Sequence record: MK327928.1
DNA: 64,000 nt
Strand: one strand, 5' to 3'
DNA from: Escherichia phage vB_EcoM_G2133
Below the pieces are notes generated by a model. That model was not told where the DNA came from and ran no database searches. It saw nothing but the letters and a program-made list of their open reading frames with translations. A program made the position numbers and the translations under genes. The first letter of the stretch is position 1. Every line of letters starts with the position of its first letter. Of the stretch, positions 1-9,616 are shown in pieces.

Positions 1-1384
1 GACCACGGGATTTAATTGTCTCATTAAATTCTTCATCTAATGTAAACACATAATCCGCTTCCATTATTTTAAGATAATGGTTAATCTGCTTATTAAATAA
101 TGGAATGTACTTTTTAATAATAGCACCTTTAATACCAGAATCTTTGAGCATATCAGTCAAAATTCCTCGGTGGTATTTTTCCATTACTAAATTAGTTTTT
201 GTCTTAACAATTTTATCAAGTTCTTCTTGAAGCAGTGCTATTTCATCAGCATGGTCAATAAACTCAGAAGATGCTTTTTCTATAGCCGCTTTAACCTTTT
301 TAGCTTTATCTACCGTCGTGATTAGAGATTGCTTTTTATTGCGAATATCATTTGCCAACGACTGTTGGGTTTTAATATTATCTCGGTATTCATCAACAAG
401 AACTCTTAAATTATCACGATGTGTTGAAAGCTGTTCAAACGAATGCGTACATTCAGAAACTTTATCTTTAATTTTAGAAACAACTTTATCACCGGAACTT
501 AATTGTGACAAACAGGTTGGACATAATCCACCTTCGTGATACATATTAATGACTTTATTATACGAGTCAATTTTTGATTTAATTAAAAATGCTTCTTGAC
601 CGATTTTATTAAATGCATCAGTCGGGTCTTCATCCAAAACAATATTAACTAATCTTTCATTAGCTTCTTCTATTTCCGATTTTAGCGTTCTAGCTTCTTT
701 TGCCAAATCATCATACATATTTTGAAGACGAGTAAGGTTGTCACCCGTTAATTTTTTCTGGCGTTCAACGTTATCATTATATATTTTAATTTGTTGGATA
801 ATACTATCTTTTTTAACATCAAGCACTTGGTTTTGTGAGTTTAATTCACGTATTAGTGCTTTATTAAGCTTATCCATTTCAGCTAATGTTCCTACCTCGA
901 GCAGGTCTTCCACAAGCTTTCTTCGCGCAGGGGTCGACAAACCCATGAAAGGGGTATACCCTGCTGTACCAAGGACAACAATCTGCTTGAAACTGGCATA
1001 TGACATTCCGATAAGCTGTTCAAATTCTGCTTGGAAATCTTTACTGCTGGCAGATTCATTAAGACGTGTATCGTTAACGGTGATTTCGAAAACGTTTGGT
1101 TTTTGTCCTCTTTTGATATAGTACTTTTTCTCATCATATTCCATCCACAGTTCAACTAAAAGTTCTTTCTTATTTGTGCTGTTTATTAATTGACCTTTCT
1201 TTACATCGCGAAATGGCTTACCAAAAAGCCCAAATGTGATGGCTTCTAACATAGTAGACTTACCACCGCCATTTCGGCCAGTAATAAGAGTTTTTTGAAC
1301 CTTATCTAATTGAATGTCAACTCCATTTTGACCAACTGACATTATATTTTTATATTTTACTCTATTAAGTTTAAATGATTTCAT
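1..1384 (-). CDS. 46: Recombination endonuclease subunit gp46 (SbcC/Rad50-like ATPase), N-terminal part; C-terminus lies beyond the window start
   Basis: Minus-strand translation from ATG at 1384 reads MKSFKLNRVKYKNIMSVGQNG...TGRNGGGKST (Walker A) and stays open to the window edge; matches the T4 gp46 N-terminus as I recall it. Confidence 0.85.
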   Translation of the reverse strand, partial: MKSFKLNRVKYKNIMSVGQNGVDIQLDKVQKTLITGRNGGGKSTMLEAITFGLFGKPFRDVKKGQLINSTNKKELLVELWMEYDEKKYYIKRGQKPNVFEITVNDTRLNESASSKDFQAEFEQLIGMSYASFKQIVVLGTAGYTPFMGLSTPARRKLVEDLLEVGTLAEMDKLNKALIRELNSQNQVLDVKKDSIIQQIKIYNDNVERQKKLTGDNLTRLQNMYDDLAKEARTLKSEIEEANERLVNIVLDEDPTDAFNKIGQEAFLIKSKIDSYNKVINMYHEGGLCPTCLSQLSSGDKVVSKIKDKVSECTHSFEQLSTHRDNLRVLVDEYRDNIKTQQSLANDIRNKKQSLITTVDKAKKVKAAIEKASSEFIDHADEIALLQEELDKIVKTKTNLVMEKYHRGILTDMLKDSGIKGAIIKKYIPLFNKQINHYLKIMEADYVFTLDEEFNETIKSRG

Positions 1385-1399
1385 TTTGTATCCAATTGT

Positions 1400-2261
1400 T
1401 CACAATGAAGAAAATTCTTTAACTAAAGCCTGTAATGAAGCCTCTATTGGATATCCATTCTTAACTAACATTTTCCTAAACATCACATGTTTAGGACGAT
1501 TATATGATATCCACAATTCATACAATTTATCTTTATTATCCCAATGATAACCTTTTCGTCGAGATGCTATATGAGCTTTTCTAATCTCCGGATTTTTCCA
1601 ACTAGCAGCTACTGAATTTGATATAGCTATTTTATATTCAGGTTTTGATAAAGCAGCACGAACAGCCTTTTGGTGTTTAATTTTATTTTCTTCGTTATTA
1701 AACCATTCCCTTGAAGCCATTGAAATTTTTTGTTTTGTTTTAAAATTATTTAATCTTTCTTTGTTATCTTTCCTATTTTTTGCTACTGAAAAATATTTTA
1801 ATGCCCTTTCTCTAGCAGCATTTCTATTTTGCGGATTTGAATAATACTGTTGAAGCCTTTTTGATATTGTGTCACTTACATCTTGTTTTATAAAACTATA
1901 CTCAGCAGCTATTAAATCAACTTCGGCTAAAGATAAATTTTTATATGTTTTTCCTGACATCATTCTATTTAAAGCATTTAGCATTTAGCATTTTTCCATT
2001 TTTACCTTTTGCTAATAAGAAATGTGCTTTAAAATGATTAAAATGACTTAAATTAACTAAATTCCATGTAGATTTTAAATATTCAGGAAATATTGATTTA
2101 GGAAGCACGTGGTGTGCTTCCGTTTTACCTGGAGTTTTAACAGTTGAATTCATAGAAATAAAATTAATGTAAGACTTGGCGTCTTCTTCACTCAACGCTA
2201 ATTTTTCAACTAATTCCTTTATTAAAAATTCATCATTAATGTCAAGTTTAAAATTCTTCAC
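1400..2261 (-). pseudogene. HNH homing endonuclease (Mob-like, HNH N-domain plus basic repeat C-domain) split into two frames
   Basis: ORF 1965..2261 carries the HNH motif (HHVLPKS...NLVNLSHFNHFKAHFLL); ORF 1400..1984 carries basic repeat motifs like those in the C-terminus of the HNH gene at 21868..22647. The two overlap in different frames inside a heptamer repeat. Confidence 0.55.
1974..1994. repeat. Tandem heptamer repeat GCATTTA GCATTTA GCATTTT at the HNH frame junction
   Basis: Direct read of the sequence at 1974-1994. Confidence 0.85.
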
Positions 2262-2473
2262 AAAAGATTCCTTTTAATGTATCTTTTAGACCATTCTATC
2301 ATATCATCATAATCTAAAAAGTATTCATCAAATTCAGCCATGCAAACAACACCTTGTGCTGTTTTTGATGTAATATAAATTATTCCAACATATCTAGAAT
2401 CTTCTTCGGTATAATCAATGTTTGCTATGAATTCATCATTAATGTCAAATGTCGAAAACTTCACAGTATGCAT
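2258..2473 (-). CDS. Hypothetical small protein
   Basis: ORF-track ORF trimmed to the internal ATG at 2473; its N-terminus (FSTFDINDEF) resembles the N-terminus of the adjacent HNH ORF. Confidence 0.3.
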   Translation of the reverse strand: MHTVKFSTFDINDEFIANIDYTEEDSRYVGIIYITSKTAQGVVCMAEFDEYFLDYDDMIEWSKRYIKRNLL

Positions 2474-2708
2474 CCTTAATACAAGATACAGCCATATCTC
2501 GTAATGATTTAGGCGTGTCATTATCTAAAATGTTGAAGTTAAAAGATACAGCCCAATCAGTGCAGACTGTAACCTTTTTAATATAATTATCTTCAACCTC
2601 TAGTGGTTCAAACCAGTATTCAATAATTTCTTTATGACCAATATCATCTTTTACTTCGCATTCAAAATGCTGACTCATCATAACATTTTTAAATTCATCA
2701 AAAGTCAT
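2445..2708 (-). CDS. Hypothetical protein
   Basis: 87-aa ORF; its ATG overlaps the gp47 stop codon (ATGA), suggesting translational coupling. Confidence 0.5.
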   Translation of the reverse strand: MTFDEFKNVMMSQHFECEVKDDIGHKEIIEYWFEPLEVEDNYIKKVTVCTDWAVSFNFNILDNDTPKSLRDMAVSCIKDAYCEVFDI

Positions 2709-3724
2709 TGTGTTGCCTCTACATATAACTGATTTGCATATTGAATAAGTGCTTCACGGTCAGAATCAGTGATGTCTGGAATTGCATTAATGTATTCTTC
2801 CATCAATGTCTGAAGCGATTGAACTTCAACTTCTTCACTGTTATCTGACTCGACAGAGTTATCAATCTTTGACACAACTCGTAATGAATGCACAACTTTT
2901 TCTAGTTCAGATTCGAACTTCGTCAGATTTTTGTCTACTTCAGTTACTATAACACGTACTGATAGATTTGTAAAATCTTTATAGTCAATTTTTCCTTTAA
3001 ATGGATAATGAATTCTACGATGCCAGGTAGTATTGTTTGGAATAAATTCCATTCGTTCTGTTTCTGTATCAAACATCCAGAACCCGCGAGGGTCATTCTC
3101 GTCACCTGCTGTTAGTGTCCATGGTGTCCCAATATATCTGACGTTAGCAGCCTCAGAAATAGTATGGAAGTGACCAGACCACACTTCTTTATAAGTCTTA
3201 AGGAAATCAGGTTCAAGACCATGAGATTTCATTCCTTTATAAAAATAAAATCCATTCAGTTCCCAGTGACCAACACAAAAAGAAGCAGATGAAGTTTTGA
3301 TGTGCTCAAGAATTTCACCAGTATTTTCTTCGCACATCCAAGGAATCAAATCAATCAAACACCCGTCAAAATCTACTGTAGTAGGCTTATCATATACTTT
3401 AACATTAGGATATTTAGCCAAAAGCTCAGTAGAAGCATTTGGAGTTAAAGTATTTTTAAAGTGCATATCATGGTTTCCTACAACAGTATGTAGGGTAATA
3501 CCAGCATCATCAAGCATTTGAACTATTTCACGAGCGAACTCCATAGTTTTATGCGTGATTGCTTTTCGCACATCAAAAATATCGCCGTATTGAATCCATG
3601 TAGTAATTTCATTTTTCTTAGAATATTCTATGGCTTGTTTAATTCCATCCAACTGAATGGATTGAACCCACTCATCATCGGCTTTAACGCCTAAATGCCA
3701 ATCACCTAAATTTAAAATTTTCAT
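2705..3724 (-). CDS. 47: Recombination endonuclease subunit gp47 (SbcD/Mre11-like phosphoesterase)
   Basis: 339 aa; calcineurin-like motifs GDWHLG, GDIFD, GNHD; length and sequence match T4 gp47. Confidence 0.9.
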   Translation of the reverse strand: MKILNLGDWHLGVKADDEWVQSIQLDGIKQAIEYSKKNEITTWIQYGDIFDVRKAITHKTMEFAREIVQMLDDAGITLHTVVGNHDMHFKNTLTPNASTELLAKYPNVKVYDKPTTVDFDGCLIDLIPWMCEENTGEILEHIKTSSASFCVGHWELNGFYFYKGMKSHGLEPDFLKTYKEVWSGHFHTISEAANVRYIGTPWTLTAGDENDPRGFWMFDTETERMEFIPNNTTWHRRIHYPFKGKIDYKDFTNLSVRVIVTEVDKNLTKFESELEKVVHSLRVVSKIDNSVESDNSEEVEVQSLQTLMEEYINAIPDITDSDREALIQYANQLYVEATQ

Positions 3725-3883
3725 ATATCAAGAACCGTCATTGAAATGCAAAATAAAATTATTGAAATAAATCCATCTGGAGTGCTAAAGAACCCAATCC
3801 AACATGCTCTAGTGAATAGATAAAATGCAAGAAAAAGTATCACATATCCAAGAAATATCATTATATCAAACTCCGTATAAAGC

Positions 3884-3900
3884 TAAAGGGCCGAAGCCCT
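3884..3900 (-). other. Stem-loop (AAAGGGC / tetraloop / GCCCTTT) immediately 3' of a-gt
   Basis: Perfect 7-bp inverted repeat with a 4-nt loop (UUCG on the minus-strand RNA); weak U-tract. Confidence 0.4.
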
Positions 3901-5103
3901 TTATTTTGTAATAATGTCAAACTGTTCTTTAAAGCAGAAGCTTGAATCTTGATGTTGATACAAAAATTCATACGCTTTTTCACGTTCGCGGTCATAAAGA
4001 GCTCGGTCAGATGACAGTTCTTTAATACGCTCAAACGTTGATTCCATATCATTTTCATCAAACCAAATGATACCGCTATCATGCGAGGTCAAAGGAGTAT
4101 TATCAACACGGAATTTTAAATTTTCGCCAGTAGATTTCCAAAATACCGGAATTGTTCCACATGCACCAAGCTCGAGATGAGTATATTCTAAAGAACGCTG
4201 TAGATATTTTTTATCCAACTTACTCAGCTGATAACCAAATCCGGATTTACTCATGCGTTCAAGCATTTCGCTATTTACATAACGGTCAAGAATTTGCGTT
4301 GGCAAATTAGGAGCAATTTTAATTTGGTCTACTTGATGAAGACGATAATACTCGTATGGAATTCCTTTTTCTTTAATAGGAATGAACGCTGGAGAACGTT
4401 CCAGACCTTCCATAATAGTACTTAGTCCTGCAGGTTTAAGATGTTTTTCATGAAAATCAAACATCTGATAAAAACCTTTCCATGTAGTCGTACGACCAAT
4501 CCAACGGTTGATATTCATGTTAATTTCAGAAACATCTTTCCAGTAGGTTGATCGAACCTTCGCAATATCCATAGGAGGCTGAAAGTTATATACTGTCGGC
4601 GCTTCTTCAATATCATCAAACAGAGAAACTGTTTCCGGATACCATTCTTTCATCAGAACTTTATTAAAATCGCCATTATCAGAATGGCTAAAAATAACAT
4701 CAGCTCGACGAACAGTTTCTTCTAATCCCAAATTTCGACGCAAAGAAAGAGAAGAATGGTCATGCTGATAAACTACAACACGAACAGAAGGTTTAATGTT
4801 ATCAATAATTTTTTTATAGTTATTAATAGTGTCTTCTTCAACCGAAGTAGCAGGAACTGAATTGATAATTAGAATATCACAATCATTTACCAGCTTAAGT
4901 GTTTTATCGTATTCTTTTGCCAATAAAACCGGAATTGAAAATGATTTATAATCATGCGCGCAATTACGAGTAAATGATTTATCTTTAGCATAAACCAAAG
5001 TCACTTCATGACCATTTTTAATAAACCAATCACGTTGCTCGAGTGAGAATTTAGTTACACCACAACCTTCAAGACCTCGAGCCATAAAAATACATACTTT
5101 CAT
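3901..5103 (-). CDS. a-gt: DNA alpha-glucosyltransferase (glucosylates hydroxymethylcytosine DNA)
   Basis: 400 aa; near-identical to the T4 alpha-glucosyltransferase sequence as I recall it (MxxCIFMARGLEGCGVTKFSLEQRDWFIKNGHEVTLVYAKDK...). Confidence 0.9.
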   Translation of the reverse strand: MKVCIFMARGLEGCGVTKFSLEQRDWFIKNGHEVTLVYAKDKSFTRNCAHDYKSFSIPVLLAKEYDKTLKLVNDCDILIINSVPATSVEEDTINNYKKIIDNIKPSVRVVVYQHDHSSLSLRRNLGLEETVRRADVIFSHSDNGDFNKVLMKEWYPETVSLFDDIEEAPTVYNFQPPMDIAKVRSTYWKDVSEINMNINRWIGRTTTWKGFYQMFDFHEKHLKPAGLSTIMEGLERSPAFIPIKEKGIPYEYYRLHQVDQIKIAPNLPTQILDRYVNSEMLERMSKSGFGYQLSKLDKKYLQRSLEYTHLELGACGTIPVFWKSTGENLKFRVDNTPLTSHDSGIIWFDENDMESTFERIKELSSDRALYDREREKAYEFLYQHQDSSFCFKEQFDIITK

Positions 5104-5153
5104 TTAATATCCTCTTTGTTTTGGTTTATTTTACCAAAAATTTATAAAGCAAT

Positions 5154-5173
5154 ATAGGAGCCGAAGCTCCTAT
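5154..5173 (-). other. Stem-loop (8-bp stem, tetraloop) upstream of a-gt
   Basis: ATAGGAGC cgaa GCTCCTAT inverted repeat. Confidence 0.35.
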
Positions 5174-5346
5174 CCACATAATACGCCATACAGAGGCTCG
5201 TTAGAACTTTTAAATTTTATGCGCTTATATTTTATAGTTCCTTCTGCTTTAGCTTTATCATGAGACTCTTTAAAGCGTCTCATCATTTCCTCTTTAGAGG
5301 AACGAATTTTATTATAATCTATTTCAGAAGTCTGGGTGTTCATCTT

Positions 5347-5550
5347 TCATAACTGCCACCATTTTTTGACTTGATAAGAATCAACCCACACTTTCATATT
5401 AGGGTCTGCTCTTACAATAGGAGAATTAACTTCTTTAATTGAACTATCATGGTATTCTTTTTCAGAAATTTTCACACAAAGATGACCATTCAAAGATTCA
5501 GTAAATCCTGCATTAATTTTAAGACGCTTGAATTTTACGTGTGTAAGCAT
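5347..5550 (-). CDS. Hypothetical small protein
   Basis: ORF-track ORF; start moved to the first ATG. Confidence 0.35.
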   Translation of the reverse strand: MLTHVKFKRLKINAGFTESLNGHLCVKISEKEYHDSSIKEVNSPIVRADPNMKVWVDSYQVKKWWQL

Positions 5551-5836
5551 CAATCATATCCTCAATCTGCGATCTAGTAGTCTTCCAAAGAATACTGATG
5601 AGTTCATCGTTATATGGCTGTTTTAGAATATCCCGACTTTTCTTGATAGCATATTCGTATTGAGCAAAATTATTATTTTCAGCTGCAATCTGAGCGTGCT
5701 TATAAAGACGATTCAGTTCGCGTTTGTTTTTAGACAATAACTTATTTGCTTTTCTTTCTGCTTCAAGACGGTTCTTTTCTTCAATAGAAGAAATAAGCTT
5801 TTCCACTTCATCATTAATTTCGGGTTTATCAGTCAT
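5519..5836 (-). CDS. Hypothetical protein (charged, coiled-coil-like)
   Basis: 105-aa ORF with ATG start, in the early-gene orientation. Confidence 0.45.
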   Translation of the reverse strand: MTDKPEINDEVEKLISSIEEKNRLEAERKANKLLSKNKRELNRLYKHAQIAAENNNFAQYEYAIKKSRDILKQPYNDELISILWKTTRSQIEDMIDAYTRKIQAS

Positions 5837-5837
5837 A

Positions 5838-6056
5838 TTATTTCTCTAATATAAAATAAAAATCATCATCTGTTAAATGATACCGATAGTTTAATTCTAC
5901 ACCATTAGATTTAAAAGCGGTATCATACGGATTTTCTGGATCAATATCAATGTCAAGAGCTAAAACTTCCCTGAGATACATTTTAAGTAAATAGGGAATA
6001 GCTTCAACTTCAGGTATTTCTTCCAAGAATCCGGAGAGGTTAATCGTTAGCCTCAT
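5838..6056 (-). CDS. Hypothetical protein
   Basis: 72-aa ORF; its stop is followed after one nucleotide by the next gene's ATG (TAAtATG). Confidence 0.45.
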
Positions 6057-6597
6057 ATAAAAAATCCAAACTAGGAGAATCGTCTACAACACTTTTCTTT
6101 TCAGCCCCCGGTGTTCTATAGGTTGATTCTTCGTAATGCGTCATTTTATCGTAGATGTCTTGAATAAAAGTTTCATCTACTAACGCAACCATATCGTCGT
6201 CACGGCTGTCATAGACATTGTGAACGAAGTAACTATATTTCTTTGCAACTTCCTTACGTTCTTTTTTAATACGTTGGACGAATGCATTAAAACAAGCTTG
6301 AGTTATATACGCATGTGGGTTTTTATATTTCGTTTCATCAAAATTGTGAAGCCCCTTAATAGAAGCTTCTATACCATCTGCAATCATTTCTTGTTTCCAA
6401 GACTGGGTGTATCCTGAAAAGTTGAAACGTTTAGATAAGCCTTCTGCAATAAGCATAATGGCTAATCCGATAGTATCATTCTGACGAACTACTTTATTTG
6501 GGTCTTTATTATTTGCTAATTCTGTTTTCCAATCAATAATAGCTTGTAAAAGCTCTTTATTGTTTACGTAATTATATTTAGGCTTAGTTTCTGACAT
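6040..6597 (-). CDS. 55: Late-transcription sigma factor gp55
   Basis: 185 aa from the ATG at 6597 (track start is GTG); sequence [23 protein letters not shown]... matches T4 gp55. Confidence 0.9.
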
Positions 6598-6675
6598 TTT
6601 CACCTCTTAGCTCAATTCATAGATCTATTATATCATAATATTTGAAGATCTATCTTAAAGCATAGAGGATATCAG

Positions 6676-6945
6676 TTATCTAAGTAAGCAGTATGCTTGG
6701 AACACTTTCTCCATCATCTTTTTAAATTCATGAATATCTATGTAATGATCATTAATATCAGCGCGATATAAAAAGTCTAAAAACTTTTTATGGGTATTAG
6801 AATATTTACTTCCAGTTAATTCAGAAACATGGCTTTCCCAATATCCAACACCAGTTTTATTTGGGAAAAATGAAATTTTCATGTATTGGTCAACATAGAA
6901 AATACCAAAATTTTCAATAGCAATAGAAATATTAATTAATTTCAT
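6676..6945 (-). CDS. Hypothetical protein
   Basis: 89-aa ORF; ATG overlaps the upstream stop (ATGA). Confidence 0.45.
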   Translation of the reverse strand: MKLINISIAIENFGIFYVDQYMKISFFPNKTGVGYWESHVSELTGSKYSNTHKKFLDFLYRADINDHYIDIHEFKKMMEKVFQAYCLLR

Positions 6946-7157
6946 ACATTCATCAACTTAGCCGCTTCGAGAGCTGCATCTAGTGAATCAAATTGGTCAA
7001 CATATTCAATCAATTCGCCGTAATTAGCATATAACCACCATTGGCTAAATTCATACTCAAGGATGAATCCGTTTCCTTCAATTTGAGTTAAACCAATGCC
7101 ATTTGTATTTACTTCATATCCAGCAAGACGCAAATCGTTAATAAGAGCTTCGTTCAT
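6942..7157 (-). CDS. Hypothetical protein
   Basis: 71-aa ORF with ATG start. Confidence 0.45.
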   Translation of the reverse strand: MNEALINDLRLAGYEVNTNGIGLTQIEGNGFILEYEFSQWWLYANYGELIEYVDQFDSLDAALEAAKLMNV

Positions 7158-7159
7158 AA

Positions 7160-7486
7160 TTATACCTTAGTAATTTTCAGGTCTGCAAATTTTTTCTTGC
7201 GTTGATTTTTCATACGACGAATAGTCTTATCGGAAATTTCATGCTTTTGATAAGCTTTAGATTCTACACCAAAAGCTTTAACATCAAATTCTGACAAGAT
7301 ATATTGAACCAACAATTCACGGACAGTATTGCGTCCAATCTTCTGATCATTCTGTTTCATCGTCTGATGAAGCTCTTTTTCCCATTTATCCAAAATTTGA
7401 GGAGTTACAATATCGCCTTTTTCTAGCAAAGAAACTACTTTATCATATGCGTAAGAATTGATGGCGTTTTTAATTTGAATAGTCAT
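7160..7486 (-). CDS. Hypothetical protein
   Basis: 108-aa ORF with ATG start. Confidence 0.45.
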   Translation of the reverse strand: MTIQIKNAINSYAYDKVVSLLEKGDIVTPQILDKWEKELHQTMKQNDQKIGRNTVRELLVQYILSEFDVKAFGVESKAYQKHEISDKTIRRMKNQRKKKFADLKITKV

Positions 7487-7521
7487 ACATTATCCTCAAT
7501 TACGTTAAAATTTTATTATCC

Positions 7522-7541
7522 AAAAAAGGGCCGAAGCCCTT
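7522..7541 (-). terminator. Intrinsic terminator (AAGGGC-UUCG-GCCCUU then U6 on the minus-strand RNA)
   Basis: Hairpin at 7526-7541 followed on the transcribed strand by six U (plus-strand A-run 7522-7527); overlaps the stop of ORF 7540..7740. Confidence 0.6.
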
Positions 7542-7740
7542 AGCTAAACTTTTTGGCACCCTTCCAGCCTTCATACATCATTGCGGCTGATATTAATATT
7601 GCTCCTGAGCAACTTGAATATTTGTGATTCCAAAACCAGTTCAGAAAAACTTCGTCATCAATACCTTGTGCTATCATATTTTCAAAGAACTGACGACGAG
7701 CTTCGGCAATTCGCTGCGATAATTTAGATTCAGGATTCAT
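7540..7740 (-). CDS. Hypothetical protein
   Basis: 66-aa ORF with ATG start. Confidence 0.45.
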   Translation of the reverse strand: MNPESKLSQRIAEARRQFFENMIAQGIDDEVFLNWFWNHKYSSCSGAILISAAMMYEGWKGAKKFS

Positions 7741-7879
7741 TTAAATTTCCCAATTACCGTTTTCATCAATAAATTTAATCCAGTCATTTACTGACCACTT
7801 AGTTGTATCACCCTTTGGAGTAACATTTAAAGTGTATAGCCCTTGCTTAAAAAGCATGCGTTTGATATTCATATTTTCC

Positions 7880-8173
7880 TCAGCTGTAACGATAACACTC
7901 GTTTGATTTACGTTTAGCGACTCGTTGAGAAGTATTATAATCAAAATCATCGTCAATGTAAACTGATTTTTTCAACTTTCTTACTTCACCGCGTAATTGA
8001 CGATTTAACTCATCTTTAACTTCTGAATCAATACCTTTCATTCTACGCCATTTATCTGAGCGAAAAATGTTTTCAACCATATCTTTATGACTTACACCGT
8101 CAGGAGCTTTACGCTTTCCGAAATAGTCATAATCACGCACTTTCAAGTCTTTACGACGATACGTTTTACCCAT
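7880..8173 (-). CDS. Hypothetical basic protein
   Basis: ORF trimmed to the ATG at 8173, which has an AGGAAA Shine-Dalgarno sequence; Lys/Arg-rich. Confidence 0.4.
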   Translation of the reverse strand: MGKTYRRKDLKVRDYDYFGKRKAPDGVSHKDMVENIFRSDKWRRMKGIDSEVKDELNRQLRGEVRKLKKSVYIDDDFDYNTSQRVAKRKSNECYRYS

Positions 8174-8348
8174 GGAGTTTAATTTCCTTAGCAACTGAAC
8201 TAAATGCAGCACGATCACAAATCATGCGTTTATGTAACTTGAGTATAATATAGCAAACTTCAAAACTATTTACATGAGTAACACGAACAGCATTACCATT
8301 AATGAGATAATACTGTCCCTTTTTAATTTCTTTATCAACCATAACCAT
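8166..8348 (-). CDS. Hypothetical small protein
   Basis: 60-aa ORF directly downstream of the early promoter at 8379-8408. Confidence 0.4.
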   Translation of the reverse strand: MVMVDKEIKKGQYYLINGNAVRVTHVNSFEVCYIILKLHKRMICDRAAFSSVAKEIKLHG

Positions 8349-8378
8349 ATCAATTCCTCAAAGGTAATTCATATGTTA

Positions 8379-8408
8379 ATAATACCACGGTTTGAACTTG
8401 TTGTAAAC
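8379..8408 (-). promoter_or_regulatory. T4-type early promoter
   Basis: Minus strand reads GTTTAC, 18-nt spacer, TATTAT; A/T-rich upstream element (plus-strand gtaaacaactttgtgaaaaatatttt). Confidence 0.55.
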
Positions 8409-8480
8409 AACTTTGTGAAAAATATTTTAGGGAATGACAAGAAGGGAACGATAGCTTAGAATGGTAATATACAGAATGTA

Positions 8481-8503
8481 AGAAAGAAAGGCCCAGAGGG
8501 CCC
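8481..8503 (-). terminator. Intrinsic terminator downstream of nrdH
   Basis: GGCCC-aga-GGGCC hairpin followed by UUUCUUUCUU on the minus-strand RNA. Confidence 0.6.
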
Positions 8504-8506
8504 GCC

Positions 8507-8815
8507 TTAGTCTTCTATGATATCTCTATCATATCCAAGTGAAATGAGAGTTTCTTTGAAGTGTTTAATGTTCTTTTGTCTAGAATCATTGATGAAAATG
8601 ACTGGATAACGAATGTTAAGAGATGTGAATCCAGCGCGTTTAGCAAGAGATACAATCAGTGGACGATCATACTCAATCTTACCATTATTTGTAAGAACTT
8701 TATAGAAAGTAAAAGGAGCATTGAGCTCCTTTAGAAGTTTTGTAACTGATTGACATCCAGGACAACGACCTACTTCATCTGGAATTCCATAGACTTCAAT
8801 CTTATTTTGTTTCAC
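8507..8815 (-). CDS. nrdH: Glutaredoxin-like protein NrdH
   Basis: 102 aa with a CPGC redox motif; position next to nrdG/nrdD as in T4; start codon is GTG preceded by AAGGAA. Confidence 0.75.
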   Translation of the reverse strand: MKQNKIEVYGIPDEVGRCPGCQSVTKLLKELNAPFTFYKVLTNNGKIEYDRPLIVSLAKRAGFTSLNIRYPVIFINDSRQKNIKHFKETLISLGYDRDIIED

Positions 8816-8817
8816 AA

Positions 8818-9030
8818 CTATTCCTTACTAAGAGCAGCATTCAGCTTGTTAGTAATTTTATCCAGACGCTCATTGAACTCACTAGAAGATAAGCCCTTTT
8901 CTGGAGAAATCAAACTAATCACGAAAAATATAGCAATAAAAGGAATAAGGAAAATAGCTCCAACTGCCATAAACAGAAAGAATGTTACAGTTGTAAGAAA
9001 ATCAGCTAAACCTTTACGAAATTTATACAT
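8818..9030 (-). CDS. Small membrane protein
   Basis: 70 aa with one hydrophobic helix (FLFMAVGAIFLIPFIAIFFVISLI). Confidence 0.45.
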   Translation of the reverse strand: MYKFRKGLADFLTTVTFFLFMAVGAIFLIPFIAIFFVISLISPEKGLSSSEFNERLDKITNKLNAALSKE

Positions 9031-9145
9031 ATTTTACCCTTAATTGATTAACCAAGCATTGATAAGCACTAAACTATACTGTGAATAAAATTCTGGACCA
9101 AAATGAAAAATCATATCATTTATAGTATCCATAATATAATTCAAT

Positions 9146-9616
9146 TTAATCATGTTTCCACACCCCATCGGTATTTGACCAAAGCCGCTGATTATCTGAT
9201 CCTCGCCACAGCTTTTTAGTCGGAAGATTTTTCTCATACTTCCCATCAATAATAACATCAACATATTTAAGCATTTCTAGTTGTTTAATATCTTCAAACT
9301 TATATCCTGTCCACAACCAAATGCTTTTATTGGGATAAAGATTTTTTACTGTTTGAACAATACAATGAATAACATCTCGATTGTCAGGATAGAGAGGGTC
9401 TCCTCCAGTTATAGTCAATCCTTCTATATAATCATTATTCAAACATTCAATTAATTGTTCTAGTGTTTCACCAGTGAATGGAATACCATTTCTAGCATTC
9501 CATGTTGATTTATTATAACACCCTTCACATTTATGCAAACAACCTGTAACGAAAAGAACGACCCTGCAACCAGGGCCATTCACAAAATCGCAAGGATAAA
9601 ATCTATCATAATTCAT
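9146..9616 (-). CDS. nrdG: Anaerobic ribonucleotide reductase activating protein NrdG (radical SAM)
   Basis: 156 aa; CxxxCxxC cluster motif (GCLHKCEGC); stop overlaps the nrdD start region. Confidence 0.9.
   Translation of the reverse strand: MNYDRFYPCDFVNGPGCRVVLFVTGCLHKCEGCYNKSTWNARNGIPFTGETLEQLIECLNNDYIEGLTITGGDPLYPDNRDVIHCIVQTVKNLYPNKSIWLWTGYKFEDIKQLEMLKYVDVIIDGKYEKNLPTKKLWRGSDNQRLWSNTDGVWKHD

Noticed and set aside
318-1121. Plus-strand ORFs 318..539 and 738..1121
   Set aside because: Antisense to gp46; low-complexity translation; no start context.
892-1155. 87-aa minus-strand ORF inside gp46
   Set aside because: Alternative frame within the strongly supported gp46 coding region.
9040-9264. 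74-aa minus-strand ORF overlapping the 3' end of nrdG
   Set aside because: Most of it lies out of frame inside nrdG; only a possible 37-codon tail (about 9040-9153) is intergenic, which is too weak to call.
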